A stretch of 30,336 bases of DNA, taken from positions 1-30,336 of IMG/VR virus record IMGVR_UViG_3300034092_000330. One strand, given 5' to 3'. This DNA comes from a virus (taxonomy: Duplodnaviria > Caudoviricetes). A program made the position numbers and the translations under genes. The notes beneath the pieces were generated by a model. The model saw nothing but the letters and a program-made list of their open reading frames with translations. It searched no databases and was not told where the DNA came from. Below are positions 1 through 8,507 of the stretch, piece after piece. Numbering within the stretch: the first letter of the stretch is position 1; each line of letters starts with the position of its first letter.

Positions 1-123
1 GATGACCTTGTCGATAGCTCTACTCAGGCGCTGCTACGCTTCCGGCAAGGTGGTTTTATTTCTACGCAAAGCGACGACGACGAGGACGACTTTGCGTATA
101 CCAGAAAGGCAGATTACTATTAA
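1..123 (+). CDS. terL: Terminase large subunit, C-terminal end (5'-truncated)
   Basis: Frame 1 reads DDLVDSSTQALLRFRQGGFISTQSDDDEDDFAYTRKADYY*. DDxVDxxTQAL is the final nuclease motif of TerL. It lies just upstream of the portal. Not in the ORF track. Confidence 0.85.
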   Translation, partial: DDLVDSSTQALLRFRQGGFISTQSDDDEDDFAYTRKADYY

Positions 124-135
124 CTAAGGAGTTCT

Positions 136-417
136 ATGTCATTCAACCCTAATCAATTGTCTACAATGGCCCAGGTGGACGAAACCGTAGCTCAGTTGGA
201 CGCTGCTGGTATCGGAGGTGGCGTTGTGTCGATCTATATCCCAGAGTGGCTTGGGCCTTTCCCTGAGCCTTCTGATGGTGAGGCTCGGCAGTATTGCCTC
301 ACCTACGCTAACGGATCGACCGGACACAATGTCGGCCTGATTCGTTCTACTATCGAGAAGAACCCTAGCACTTGGCCGCAGATGCTGCAAGCCGATGCTA
401 TCCCTCCTAGCGAGTAG
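136..417 (+). CDS. Hypothetical protein (93 aa), similar to an internal domain of the 18765..22085 protein
   Basis: RBS AAGGAG just upstream; fills the terL-portal gap; motifs FNPNQ..GGGV..GPF..NVGL..MLQAD. Confidence 0.75.
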   Translation: MSFNPNQLSTMAQVDETVAQLDAAGIGGGVVSIYIPEWLGPFPEPSDGEARQYCLTYANGSTGHNVGLIRSTIEKNPSTWPQMLQADAIPPSE

Positions 418-420
418 AAT

Positions 421-2991
421 ATGATTGACAAGCCTCTAGATGAAACGCCTTTCCTTGAAGAAGAGGATAGCGCCGAAGTTGAAGTTGAAGTATTGAATCC
501 AGAGGCTGTCTCTATCGAAACAGAGGATGGCGGGATGTTGATTGAGTTTGGGCCTTCTGAAGAAGAGGAAGGCTCACTCGGCAGCGTCCCGCATTCTGCC
601 AACCTTGCAGAGCATATTGACGATTCCGATCTGTCTTCGATTGGAATGAAGATCTTGGATGTCTACCAAGAGGATCTGAGTTCGCGCCAGGATTGGGAAA
701 GGGCCTATAAAGAGGGCCTAGACTACCTTGGCGTGAAGACTGAGGACAGGAACAAGCCTTGGGCTGGCGCGTGTGGGCTTTACCACAACATGATTATGGA
801 AGCAGCAGTTCGCTTCCAGTCCAATGCGATTATGGAGATCTTCCCGGCGACTGGTCCGGTAAAGACTCAGATCATTGGTGAGGTAACGGAAGAGAAAGAG
901 GATCAGGCTCTCCGCATTCAAACCGATATGAACTACCTGCTCACGCAGGATCTTAAAGACTATCGGCCTGAGACTGAGCGGTTGCTGTTTGGGTTGTCCC
1001 TTTGCGGATCGGCTTTCAAGAAGATCTGCTTCGACCCTCTTACGGATATGCCTGACGCCAAGTACGTCCCGGCGCAAGACTTCATCATGCCCTACGGGGC
1101 TACCTCTCTTAAGACGGCCAGTCGCTATATCCACGTTCTCACCAAGAGTTCTAATGAAATCAAGAAGCTACAGTACAGCGGCTTCTATCGCGATGTAGAC
1201 CTCCGTCCTGATTACGACTCTAATTCTCAGCTTCAGGACAAGATCGACAAGATTAGCTACGAGTACAAGCAGGGTGACGAGGATTCGATTACGCTTCTTG
1301 AAGCGCATATCGACCTGGATATTCCTGGCTTGGAGCATACCGATGAAGACGGAGAGGCCACTGGGATTGCTCTGCCGTATGTCGTTACCGTAGACAAGTC
1401 CTCGGGTAAGGTTCTTTCGATCTACCGGAACTGGGATGAGGATGATCCCAAGAAGAACAAGCTGATTTGGTTTAGCGCCTACAACTACGTCCCCGGAATG
1501 GGCGCGTATGGGTATGGTCTTATCCATTTGATTGGCGCGAACGCTAAGGCTTCTACGGCAATCCTGCGCCAGTTGATTGACTCTGGCACTCTAGCCAACC
1601 TCCCTGGCGGTCTGAAGGCCAAAGGGATGCGGGTGTCAGGAGATGACTCGCCAATCCAGCCTGGGGAGTGGAGAGACGTAGACGTTGCGAATGGAGACAT
1701 CGCTCGTTCGCTTTATCCACTACCTTATAAGGAGCCATCGCAAACTCTCTTCCAATTGCTTGGGAATGTAGTTGAGGATGGCCGTAGGCTGGCTTCTATT
1801 GCGGATGCTGAGATTGGAGATGTCAATTCGCAAGCGCCAGTAGGGACTACGTTGGCAATTATGGAACGTGCGCTCAAAGTGATGAGCGCCATCCAGGCGA
1901 GGCTTCATGCTTCGTTGCAGGACGAGTTCTCTATCCTCGTCCGTGTGATCCGCGACAGTGGATCTGAAAGATACAAGATTGATTTCGGGAAGATGAATGG
2001 GAGCAAGCGGTCTGATTTTGACAACCGCATTGATGTGATCCCTGTCTCTGACCCGAATGCGGCTACGATGTCGCAGCGAGTGATGCAGTATCAGGCTGCG
2101 ATTCAACTTGCTGCTCAAGCGCCGCAGTTCTACGACCTGCCTGAGTTGCATCGAAAGATGCTGGAAGTCCTTGGTGTAAAAGATGTTAAGAAGATCATTC
2201 CTGAGAAGATGGACGCCCCACTCCTCGATCCGATCTCGGAGAACGCTAACATCACAAACATGAAACCTGCTAAGGCATACATGACGCAGGATCATCAATC
2301 ACACATTATTGCCCACATGGCGTATGTGCAAAGTCCTACCGTCCAGCAGCAGTTGGGACAGAATCCTCAGGCAAACGCGATCTTCGCTGCTTTCATGGCG
2401 CATATTGCAGAACACGTTGGGTTCGCATATCGCAACCAGATCGAGCAGAAGCTCGGTATACCGCTTCCGCCTCCGGGACAGCCTATGCCAGCGGACATTG
2501 AATCCAACCTCTCTAAGGCCATTGCAGACGCATCTCAGGCCCTTCTACAGGAAGCGCAAGGGCAACAGGCACAGCAGCAGGCTCAACAGCAGGCTCAGGA
2601 TCCAATTGTCCAGTTGCAGCAGGCAGAGTTGCAGATCAAGCAGGCGGAACTCCAGCAGAAGGCTCAGGAATCTCAGCAGAAAGCGCAGTTGGAGATGGTG
2701 AAGAACCAGACGAAGGCTCAATTGGAGACCGCCAGGATCCAATCTCAAAATCAAATGACTCAACAGGCTGCTGCACAACGCGCACAGCAGTCTCAGAGTG
2801 AACTGGCGCTAGATAATCAACGTCTTCAGTTGGAAGTCCAGCGCTTGCAAACGGACCGGCAGGAGTCTGAAGCCCGTATTCAGGTAGAAATGCAGAGAAT
2901 GCAGACCGAAAACGACATGGCGAAAGCCAAGATCGCAGAAATCTTAGCCCGAATGGACACGTTGGGAGCAAATGCTGGACCTACGCAGTAA
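421..2991 (+). CDS. Portal protein (P22-like) with long Gln-rich C-terminal coiled coil
   Basis: 856 aa after terL. Portal-type motifs SRQDWE, PWAGAC, GSAFKK, YGYGLIHL, LRQLIDSGTLANLPGG, YKEPS. Last ~150 aa are Q-rich heptads, like the P22 portal barrel. Confidence 0.9.
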   Translation: MIDKPLDETPFLEEEDSAEVEVEVLNPEAVSIETEDGGMLIEFGPSEEEEGSLGSVPHSANLAEHIDDSDLSSIGMKILDVYQEDLSSRQDWERAYKEGLDYLGVKTEDRNKPWAGACGLYHNMIMEAAVRFQSNAIMEIFPATGPVKTQIIGEVTEEKEDQALRIQTDMNYLLTQDLKDYRPETERLLFGLSLCGSAFKKICFDPLTDMPDAKYVPAQDFIMPYGATSLKTASRYIHVLTKSSNEIKKLQYSGFYRDVDLRPDYDSNSQLQDKIDKISYEYKQGDEDSITLLEAHIDLDIPGLEHTDEDGEATGIALPYVVTVDKSSGKVLSIYRNWDEDDPKKNKLIWFSAYNYVPGMGAYGYGLIHLIGANAKASTAILRQLIDSGTLANLPGGLKAKGMRVSGDDSPIQPGEWRDVDVANGDIARSLYPLPYKEPSQTLFQLLGNVVEDGRRLASIADAEIGDVNSQAPVGTTLAIMERALKVMSAIQARLHASLQDEFSILVRVIRDSGSERYKIDFGKMNGSKRSDFDNRIDVIPVSDPNAATMSQRVMQYQAAIQLAAQAPQFYDLPELHRKMLEVLGVKDVKKIIPEKMDAPLLDPISENANITNMKPAKAYMTQDHQSHIIAHMAYVQSPTVQQQLGQNPQANAIFAAFMAHIAEHVGFAYRNQIEQKLGIPLPPPGQPMPADIESNLSKAIADASQALLQEAQGQQAQQQAQQQAQDPIVQLQQAELQIKQAELQQKAQESQQKAQLEMVKNQTKAQLETARIQSQNQMTQQAAAQRAQQSQSELALDNQRLQLEVQRLQTDRQESEARIQVEMQRMQTENDMAKAKIAEILARMDTLGANAGPTQ

Positions 2992-3169
2992 GTTTTTTAA
3001 TCGGCTAAACGAATTATCGGAGACGAACGCCACTCATCTCGTCTCTGGTGCCTGCATGGACCATGCAGAATACAAACTGATGGTGGGAAAACTCTCAGGA
3101 CTACAGCAGGCTCGTCAAGAGTTCCAGGAAATCTGGGACAAATTGGTGCAGCAGCCTGATGAAGACTGA
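2972..3169 (+). CDS. Small helical hypothetical protein between portal and groES
   Basis: 65 aa, GGAG RBS upstream, pattern LxxGxxxDxxEYKxxVGxxxGL. Confidence 0.7.
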   Translation: MLDLRSKFFNRLNELSETNATHLVSGACMDHAEYKLMVGKLSGLQQARQEFQEIWDKLVQQPDED

Positions 3170-3200
3170 CGCAATCGCTATATAGCGCAAAAGGAAGACA

Positions 3201-3536
3201 ATGCAAACACTGCCAACTCCAGTTGGGTATAAGATCCTCGTTAAAATGAGGAAAGCGGTAGAGGAAAAGACGAAGAGCGGGATCTATTTGCCGGATCAGG
3301 CAAAGGAAAACGAGAATACTGCCTCTCTCCTCGCGGAAGTAGTGACCTTAGGGCCTGATGCCTACAAGGATCCCATCAAATATCCCGGTGGACCGTGGTG
3401 TGCGCCAGGAGATTGCGTTATTCTTCGTAGCTATTCTGGCACTCGCATGAAAATCGAGGGAGAAGAGTACCGTTTGATCAACGATGACAGCCCTGAGGCT
3501 GTTGTCCCTAATCCTGATGCCGTTGAGAGGGTCTGA
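3201..3536 (+). CDS. groES: GroES/Cpn10-like co-chaperonin
   Basis: PVGYKILV, EEKTKSGIYLP mobile loop, VVTLGP, GDCV..YSGTRMKIEGEEYRLINDD; RBS AAGGAAG. Confidence 0.9.
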   Translation: MQTLPTPVGYKILVKMRKAVEEKTKSGIYLPDQAKENENTASLLAEVVTLGPDAYKDPIKYPGGPWCAPGDCVILRSYSGTRMKIEGEEYRLINDDSPEAVVPNPDAVERV

Positions 3537-4522
3537 TGCCTGAAGAATACATGGAATCTGACCTAATTATCCCCGGCAAAGAGGATTCTGACGTTGCTGT
3601 TGCTACTCCTGAAGAGGATGAGCTTGAAATTGACATAGTTAACGACACTCCTGAGGATGATCGTCGTCCTCCTCGGAATGAAACGCAGCAAGCGGAGCCT
3701 GTTAACGAAGACGACGAGTTGAAGAGCTACTCGGAGGGCGTACAGAAGCGCATTAAGCGCCTGAAGTACGAGTTCCATGAGGAGCGCCGTCAGAAAGAAC
3801 GAGCCGATAGAGAGCGTTCTGAGGCATTGACCTACGCTTCGGCGTTGCAGCAGCAGATCGAGCAGTACCGTCAGCATAAAGAAGCAAGCGATCGGGCGTT
3901 AATCTATACTTCTGCCAAGCAGAAGGGATCTGACCTCGAAGCTGCCAAGAAGATGCTGAAGGAGGCGTATGAAACTGGCGACACGGACAAGATGGCAGCG
4001 GCGCAAGAATCTATTGCTATTCTTGCTAATGAAAAGCGTGTCCTTGACTCATACACCCCGCCAAGCCCTTCTAGCGTAAGCTATCTACAACCAGCTACAC
4101 CTCAAGAAGTACAGCAACCTGTAGCATCACAACCTGCACAACCACAGGCGTCTGCTAAGGCTGTTTTATGGAAAGAGAGTAATCCCTGGTTTGGCGACGA
4201 CATGACCCTTACTGGGTACGCCATTGACATCCACAACAAGCTGATTAACGCAGGGGTGGATGCAGAGAGCGACCAGTACTACGAGGCGATTGATAGCGCC
4301 GTTAACAAATTTCGTAAAAGCATTCCTGGCCCAGCGGAAGCGAAGCCAGCACAAACCAAACCAAGAAACGGAGTTGTCGTGAGTTCATCCAGAACACCTA
4401 GCGGCAAAACCCGCACCACTGTCCAGTTGACCGAATCGGCCCTTGCAGTTGCTAAGCGGCTCGGCATTACCCCGCAGCAATATGCGAAAGAACTGGTCAA
4501 GCAGCAAAAGGAGAATCAGTAA
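3536..4522 (+). CDS. Putative capsid scaffolding protein
   Basis: Acidic N-terminus, coiled coil (YSEGVQKRIKRL), W...NPWFG motif, C-terminal LTESALAVAKRLGITPQQYAK helix-turn-helix. Lies between portal and capsid; TGATG-coupled to groES. Confidence 0.7.
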   Translation: MPEEYMESDLIIPGKEDSDVAVATPEEDELEIDIVNDTPEDDRRPPRNETQQAEPVNEDDELKSYSEGVQKRIKRLKYEFHEERRQKERADRERSEALTYASALQQQIEQYRQHKEASDRALIYTSAKQKGSDLEAAKKMLKEAYETGDTDKMAAAQESIAILANEKRVLDSYTPPSPSSVSYLQPATPQEVQQPVASQPAQPQASAKAVLWKESNPWFGDDMTLTGYAIDIHNKLINAGVDAESDQYYEAIDSAVNKFRKSIPGPAEAKPAQTKPRNGVVVSSSRTPSGKTRTTVQLTESALAVAKRLGITPQQYAKELVKQQKENQ

Positions 4523-4962
4523 TGAAGCCGAATCGTGAAGCTGAAACCAGAGAAGCACAAACTCGAACTGAATCTTGGAAGCCTGCCTCGTTGTTGCCGG
4601 ATCCTCCTCCCAGTGCAGACTGGGTATACCGTTGGGTTCGGAAATCAATCCGGGGAGAGTCTGACCCCTCTAATGTGTCCATGCGACTTCGCGAAGGATG
4701 GGCCATTGTTCGTGCGGAAGACCACCCAGAGATCCTTTCAGAGATCGCATTTAACGAATCTAAGAATGGGACAATCGAGATTGGCGGCTTGATTCTGTGT
4801 AAAGCGGCTCGTAGCTTGTCAGATCAACGTACTAAGTACTACGAGGATATGACGAGACGACAAGCTCAAGCTGTAGACAATAATCTAATGAAGGAACAAG
4901 ACCCTCGGATGCCTCTCATTAATGAGAGCAGGTCGAAGGTTACCTTCGGAACAGGAAGTTAA
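4522..4962 (+). CDS. Conserved head-module hypothetical protein
   Basis: 146 aa, motifs WKP..LLP.P, YRWVR, D..NV....REGW, IGGLILCK; TAATG-coupled. Confidence 0.7.
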   Translation: MKPNREAETREAQTRTESWKPASLLPDPPPSADWVYRWVRKSIRGESDPSNVSMRLREGWAIVRAEDHPEILSEIAFNESKNGTIEIGGLILCKAARSLSDQRTKYYEDMTRRQAQAVDNNLMKEQDPRMPLINESRSKVTFGTGS

Positions 4963-4973
4963 GAGGAATAAAT

Positions 4974-5570
4974 ATGGCTGCAACAGCTACCCCTTACGGT
5001 CTGATCCCTTATGAGCTGGCTGGTTCCGCGCTTCGCGGTGCCGCCCGTAAGTATGTCATTGGTGCGAACAACACCAACGCCATCTATTTTGGATCTGCCG
5101 TCTCTGTAAATTCAGGCGTCATCACTGTGATTGGCGCTACCCCTACCACCACCCGGAACGCGAATACCCCGGTCGGCATCTTTGTCGGCTGTGAGTATAC
5201 GGATCCGAATGGCCGTCCTACCTGGTCGCAGTACGTTCCTGCTGGCGCTACCGATGCTGGCTACACGAACATCTATGTTTATGTAGTAGATGACCCTCGT
5301 GTGGTATTCAGAGTCCAGGCTGACGAAACGGTTGCTACGACTGCCATTGGCAAGAATGCACCGCTGGTCAATGTCACTGCTGGTTCTACGATTAGCGGCA
5401 ACTCCACCTGTGCTTTGGATGGATCTGCTATCAACACGACCAACACTCTGGCTGTTAAGATCATTGGCTTTGTCGAGTCGGTTTATTCGACCCCCGGCGA
5501 TGCCTTCACCGATTGCCTTTGCATCTGGAACCAGGGCGTCCACGCCTACCAGAACGCTACGGGCGCGTAA
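4974..5570 (+). CDS. Putative capsid decoration/cement protein
   Basis: 198 aa, beta-rich, Thr/Ala/Gly-rich, immediately upstream of the major capsid gene; RBS GAGG. Confidence 0.6.
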   Translation: MAATATPYGLIPYELAGSALRGAARKYVIGANNTNAIYFGSAVSVNSGVITVIGATPTTTRNANTPVGIFVGCEYTDPNGRPTWSQYVPAGATDAGYTNIYVYVVDDPRVVFRVQADETVATTAIGKNAPLVNVTAGSTISGNSTCALDGSAINTTNTLAVKIIGFVESVYSTPGDAFTDCLCIWNQGVHAYQNATGA

Positions 5571-5599
5571 TCTAAGGGACAAGGAAAGGAGAATCAACA

Positions 5600-6511
5600 A
5601 TGGCTATTACTCGTTCACAGATGTTGAAAGAGTTGGTTCCCGGCCTGAACGCCTTGTTCGGTCTGGAATACGCTCGGTACGGCGAAGAGCATAAAGAGAT
5701 CTTCGAGATCACTTCTTCGGAACGTGCGTTTGAAGAGGAAGTGAAGCTGTCTGGCTTTGGCACTGCTCCGGTTAAGTCGGAAGGTGGCGCTATCGCTTAC
5801 GACAACGCGCAGGAAGCCTACACCTCGCGTTACACCCACGAGACGATTGCTCTCGGCTTCGCGGTTACCGAAGAGGCGATGGAAGACAATCTGTATGTCT
5901 CTGTTGCCCAGCGGTACACGAAGGCCCTGGCTCGTGCGTTTGCCAACACCAAGCAGGTGAAGGGCGCGAATGTCCTGAACAACGGGTTCAACGCTTCCTA
6001 CACGGGCGGTGACGGCAAGCGTCTGTTCGCCACGGATCACCCGCTTATCACGGGTGGCGTGAACTCGAACCGTCCTACGACTGGCGCTGACCTCAACGAG
6101 ACTTCGCTTGAGGCTGCGATCATCCAGATCGCTGGGTACACGGATGAGCGCGGTATCCTGATCGCTGCGAAACCTCGCAAGCTGATTGTGCCGCCTTCTC
6201 TGATGTTCGTTGCGGAGCGGTTGCTGAAGTCGGTACTCCGCACTAATACTGCGGACAACGACATCAACGCCATCTACAACCTGTCGTCTGTGCCGGAAGG
6301 GTATGGTGTTAACCACTACCTGACCGATACGAACGCTTGGTTCCTGAAGACGGACGTTCCTAACGGCCTCAAGATGTTTGAGCGCGTTAACCTCAAGACC
6401 TCGGCTGAAGGCGACTTCGAGACGGGCAATATGCGGTACAAGGGACGTGAGCGTTACAGCTTCGGCTGGTCGGATCCCCTGGGCTTCTACGGCTCTCCGG
6501 GTACTACCTAA
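5600..6511 (+). CDS. Major capsid protein (Mu gpT-like, HK97 fold)
   Basis: 303 aa, strong RBS AAGGAAAGGAG, strong codon bias. Motifs SERAFEEEV..SGFG.A..K.EG, GGDG..LF...HP, P.KLIVPP.L, DFETGNMRYKGRERYSFGWSDP. Confidence 0.9.
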   Translation: MAITRSQMLKELVPGLNALFGLEYARYGEEHKEIFEITSSERAFEEEVKLSGFGTAPVKSEGGAIAYDNAQEAYTSRYTHETIALGFAVTEEAMEDNLYVSVAQRYTKALARAFANTKQVKGANVLNNGFNASYTGGDGKRLFATDHPLITGGVNSNRPTTGADLNETSLEAAIIQIAGYTDERGILIAAKPRKLIVPPSLMFVAERLLKSVLRTNTADNDINAIYNLSSVPEGYGVNHYLTDTNAWFLKTDVPNGLKMFERVNLKTSAEGDFETGNMRYKGRERYSFGWSDPLGFYGSPGTT

Positions 6512-6524
6512 AAACAATCAACAT

Positions 6525-6549
6525 AGGGGGGAGGCTGACTCCCCCCTTC
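6525..6549 (+). terminator. GC-rich hairpin after the capsid gene (weak terminator or 3' stabiliser)
   Basis: AGGGGGGAG-GCTGA-CTCCCCCCT forms a 9-bp stem, followed only by TCACAC (no real U tract). Confidence 0.5.
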
Positions 6550-6552
6550 ACA

Positions 6553-6625
6553 CATAGCGAACTACTTTATCCGACTGGCTATGCAGACGTTCAAGAGACG
6601 GATAAGGCAAACTTCCTTGAAGGAG
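6553..6625 (+). ncRNA. Double-pseudoknot structured RNA, likely Mu-gpT-DE-type motif
   Basis: CATAGC(6553-58)/GCTATG(6578-83); CTTTATCCG(6565-73)/CGGATAAGG(6599-6607); CTG(6575-77)/CAG(6584-86); TTCAAG(6590-95)/CTTGAA(6616-21). It sits directly downstream of a Mu gpT-like gene, as recalled for that motif. Confidence 0.7.
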
Positions 6626-6632
6626 AATTACA

Positions 6633-7130
6633 ATGGCTAACACTTCATTTTCCGGGCCTGTACGAAGCCAGAATGGTTTCCAGGGTTACAGCCCCGATGC
6701 TGCGGCGAACAACTCGCTTACGCTTTCTGCTCAGGGTACTGGCGTTGTTATCAACACGTCCAGTGTGCCGTTCTTCCAATTGACGGCGACTACGGTCTCC
6801 ACCGCTGGCGCTGTCACCTACACGGCTGCTCAGTTGAAGACTGGCATGATCCTTCGCGATCCGAATGGCGCTGCTCGTGCTGACCTGTTCCCGACTGCGG
6901 CCGACCTTCTCGCTGCTGTTCCTGGCGCTATCGTAGGTACCTCTTTTATCGTCACGATCCGTAACACGGCTGATGCTGCTGAGACGATCACGATGACGAC
7001 GAACACGGGCCTTACTCTGAGCGGCACGATGACGATTGCCCAGAACGAGCAGAAGAGTTTCCTGGTCACGTTCACCAATGTGGGTACCGCTGCTGTGACT
7101 ATCTACAGCATGGGCAGCGTGACGTTCTAA
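6633..7130 (+). CDS. Putative virion structural (head decoration/spike) protein
   Basis: 165 aa Thr/Ala-rich beta protein, N-terminus MANTSFSGPVRSQNGF, RBS AAGGAG. Confidence 0.6.
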   Translation: MANTSFSGPVRSQNGFQGYSPDAAANNSLTLSAQGTGVVINTSSVPFFQLTATTVSTAGAVTYTAAQLKTGMILRDPNGAARADLFPTAADLLAAVPGAIVGTSFIVTIRNTADAAETITMTTNTGLTLSGTMTIAQNEQKSFLVTFTNVGTAAVTIYSMGSVTF

Positions 7131-7139
7131 GGATGTCTC

Positions 7140-7478
7140 ATGCCCAGCTTCAAGAGAACTTCTAGCGGGGGCATTGAATACCGGGGGCATACGTTCCCCG
7201 GTTTCAACAAGCCGATTAAGTCCTCTAAGCCTGAGAAGAAGAAGATGGTCCTGGCAAAAGAAGGGGATCAGGTAAAGCTGATTCACTTCGGAGACGCCAA
7301 CATGGGACACAACTATTCTGCTGCGGCGCGTAAGAGCTATATGGCTCGTAGCGCCGGGATCAAAGGCAAGGACTCCAAACTGTCTGCTAATTATTGGTCC
7401 AGAAAGGTATTGTGGGCTGGCCCTAGCGGTAGCAAGAAAGCTCCTCCGGTAAGCCAGAAGGTGAAGCGATATGATTAG
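7140..7478 (+). CDS. Basic viral protein (DUF5754-like)
   Basis: KKKMVL...KLIHFG......ARKSYMAR.....KLSANYWS..LW pattern. Confidence 0.6.
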   Translation: MPSFKRTSSGGIEYRGHTFPGFNKPIKSSKPEKKKMVLAKEGDQVKLIHFGDANMGHNYSAAARKSYMARSAGIKGKDSKLSANYWSRKVLWAGPSGSKKAPPVSQKVKRYD

Positions 7479-7740
7479 TGATTTGCAATCGAAGAAGCTG
7501 ACAGCGACTGGCACCGTGTTTGCTGGTCCTGGCAGAGTTGTCGGGATCTTCATCTTCTCCAAGCAGGAAGGCTCCCTTGTTTTTAAGGATGGTGGGTCTG
7601 GTGGTACTACGAAGATCGAACTCACCTACAAGAGTGATCCTGGTGCTCATATCAACCTTGCTGGGAATGGAGTTCGGTTTACGAAAGACATTCACCTAAC
7701 GCTGACCAACACTGACGCTGTAACCGTTTTCTGGGGTTAA
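7471..7740 (+). CDS. Small beta-sandwich virion-associated hypothetical protein
   Basis: 89 aa, GPGRVVGI..L.FKDGGSGG...G.GVRF...VTVFWG; overlaps the preceding stop codon. Confidence 0.6.
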   Translation: MISDLQSKKLTATGTVFAGPGRVVGIFIFSKQEGSLVFKDGGSGGTTKIELTYKSDPGAHINLAGNGVRFTKDIHLTLTNTDAVTVFWG

Positions 7741-7741
7741 C

Positions 7742-7909
7742 ATGAAAGGTCAAATGAAGATCGCTGCTCAAGAGCAGGGCAAAGTCGGCAAGGTCATGCA
7801 CGAGTTCAAGGCAGGGAAGCTGAAGTCTTCTTCCGGCCAGAAGGTAACCAATCCCAAACAGGGAATTGCAATTGCCTTGTCTGAAGCTAGGAGCATGAAA
7901 AAGAAATGA
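7742..7909 (+). CDS. Small basic protein (DUF6496-like), 55 aa, missing from the ORF track
   Basis: Hand translation MKGQMKIAAQEQGKVGKVMHEFKAGKLKSSSGQKVTNPKQGIAIALSEARSMKKK*; KVMHEFK.GKL.S...KQ.IAIALSEAR signature; fills the gap exactly. Confidence 0.75.
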   Translation: MKGQMKIAAQEQGKVGKVMHEFKAGKLKSSSGQKVTNPKQGIAIALSEARSMKKK

Positions 7910-8112
7910 TGGGTCGGTTCTCTATGTCTAAGCAGGTCAGCACTCCTTCGATGTCGAAGAAGACTGGCAAGGCTGTTAAGGCGCAGACTCCTGGGATGTA
8001 TCCTAAGGCTGTTGTCTCTCGCAAGGTATCCAGCATGAACACTCCTAAGACTGGAATGCGAAAGATGGGGATGTCCAAGATGAGCACGCCTAAAATGAAG
8101 AAAGGTTTCTAA
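7906..8112 (+). CDS. Small Lys/Met-rich protein
   Basis: 68 aa, ATGA overlap with the upstream gene and TAATG overlap with the downstream gene. Confidence 0.65.
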   Translation: MMGRFSMSKQVSTPSMSKKTGKAVKAQTPGMYPKAVVSRKVSSMNTPKTGMRKMGMSKMSTPKMKKGF

Positions 8113-8507
8113 TGTCCTACACCAAGCCTCAACTTCGGGAGCGGATCAAGTCTCAGGTTATGTCATCCAGCAAGGGTGGGAAGCCTGGGCAGTGGTCGGC
8201 GCGTAAAGCGCAGCTAGTCGCTCAGAAGTATGAGGCTGCGGGTGGAGGGTACTCTGGCTCGAAGTCTAGCGGCCAGAAGAGCCTTTCTAAATGGACAAAG
8301 GAAGATTGGAAAACTAAGAGCGGGAAGCCTTCTACGCAAGGCCCTGAGGCTACTGGAGAGCGCTACCTTCCCAAGAAGGCGATTGAGGCTATGCCTGCTA
8401 AGGTTTACGCTGCCTCTACGAAGGCGAAGAAGGAAGCAACTTCTAAAGGGAAGCAGTTCTCCGGCCAGCCTGAGAGCGCCAAGACTATCTCGAGGAGATT
8501 CCGGTAA
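8112..8507 (+). CDS. Basic protein (DUF5872-like)
   Basis: YTKP.LRERIK...GGKPGQWSARKAQL....YEAAGGGY, then SL.KWT.EDW.TKSGKPS...GERYLP. Confidence 0.7.
   Translation: MSYTKPQLRERIKSQVMSSSKGGKPGQWSARKAQLVAQKYEAAGGGYSGSKSSGQKSLSKWTKEDWKTKSGKPSTQGPEATGERYLPKKAIEAMPAKVYAASTKAKKEATSKGKQFSGQPESAKTISRRFR

Noticed and set aside
5615-6517. 300-aa antisense ORF spanning the capsid gene (also 5112..5600 and 6645..7625)
   Set aside because: Shadow ORFs expected from the strong codon bias of highly expressed sense genes; no recognisable motifs or convincing RBS.
6500-6530. Possible frameshift or readthrough extension of the capsid protein (ACC TAA AAA C)
   Set aside because: The A-run begins in the stop codon, and an in-frame TAG follows four codons later.
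6553-6625. Assignment of the RNA to a known self-cleaving ribozyme class (HDV-like, twister, pistol, hammerhead)
   Set aside because: The stem order and linker nucleotides do not match those consensus structures as I recall them; catalysis remains untested.
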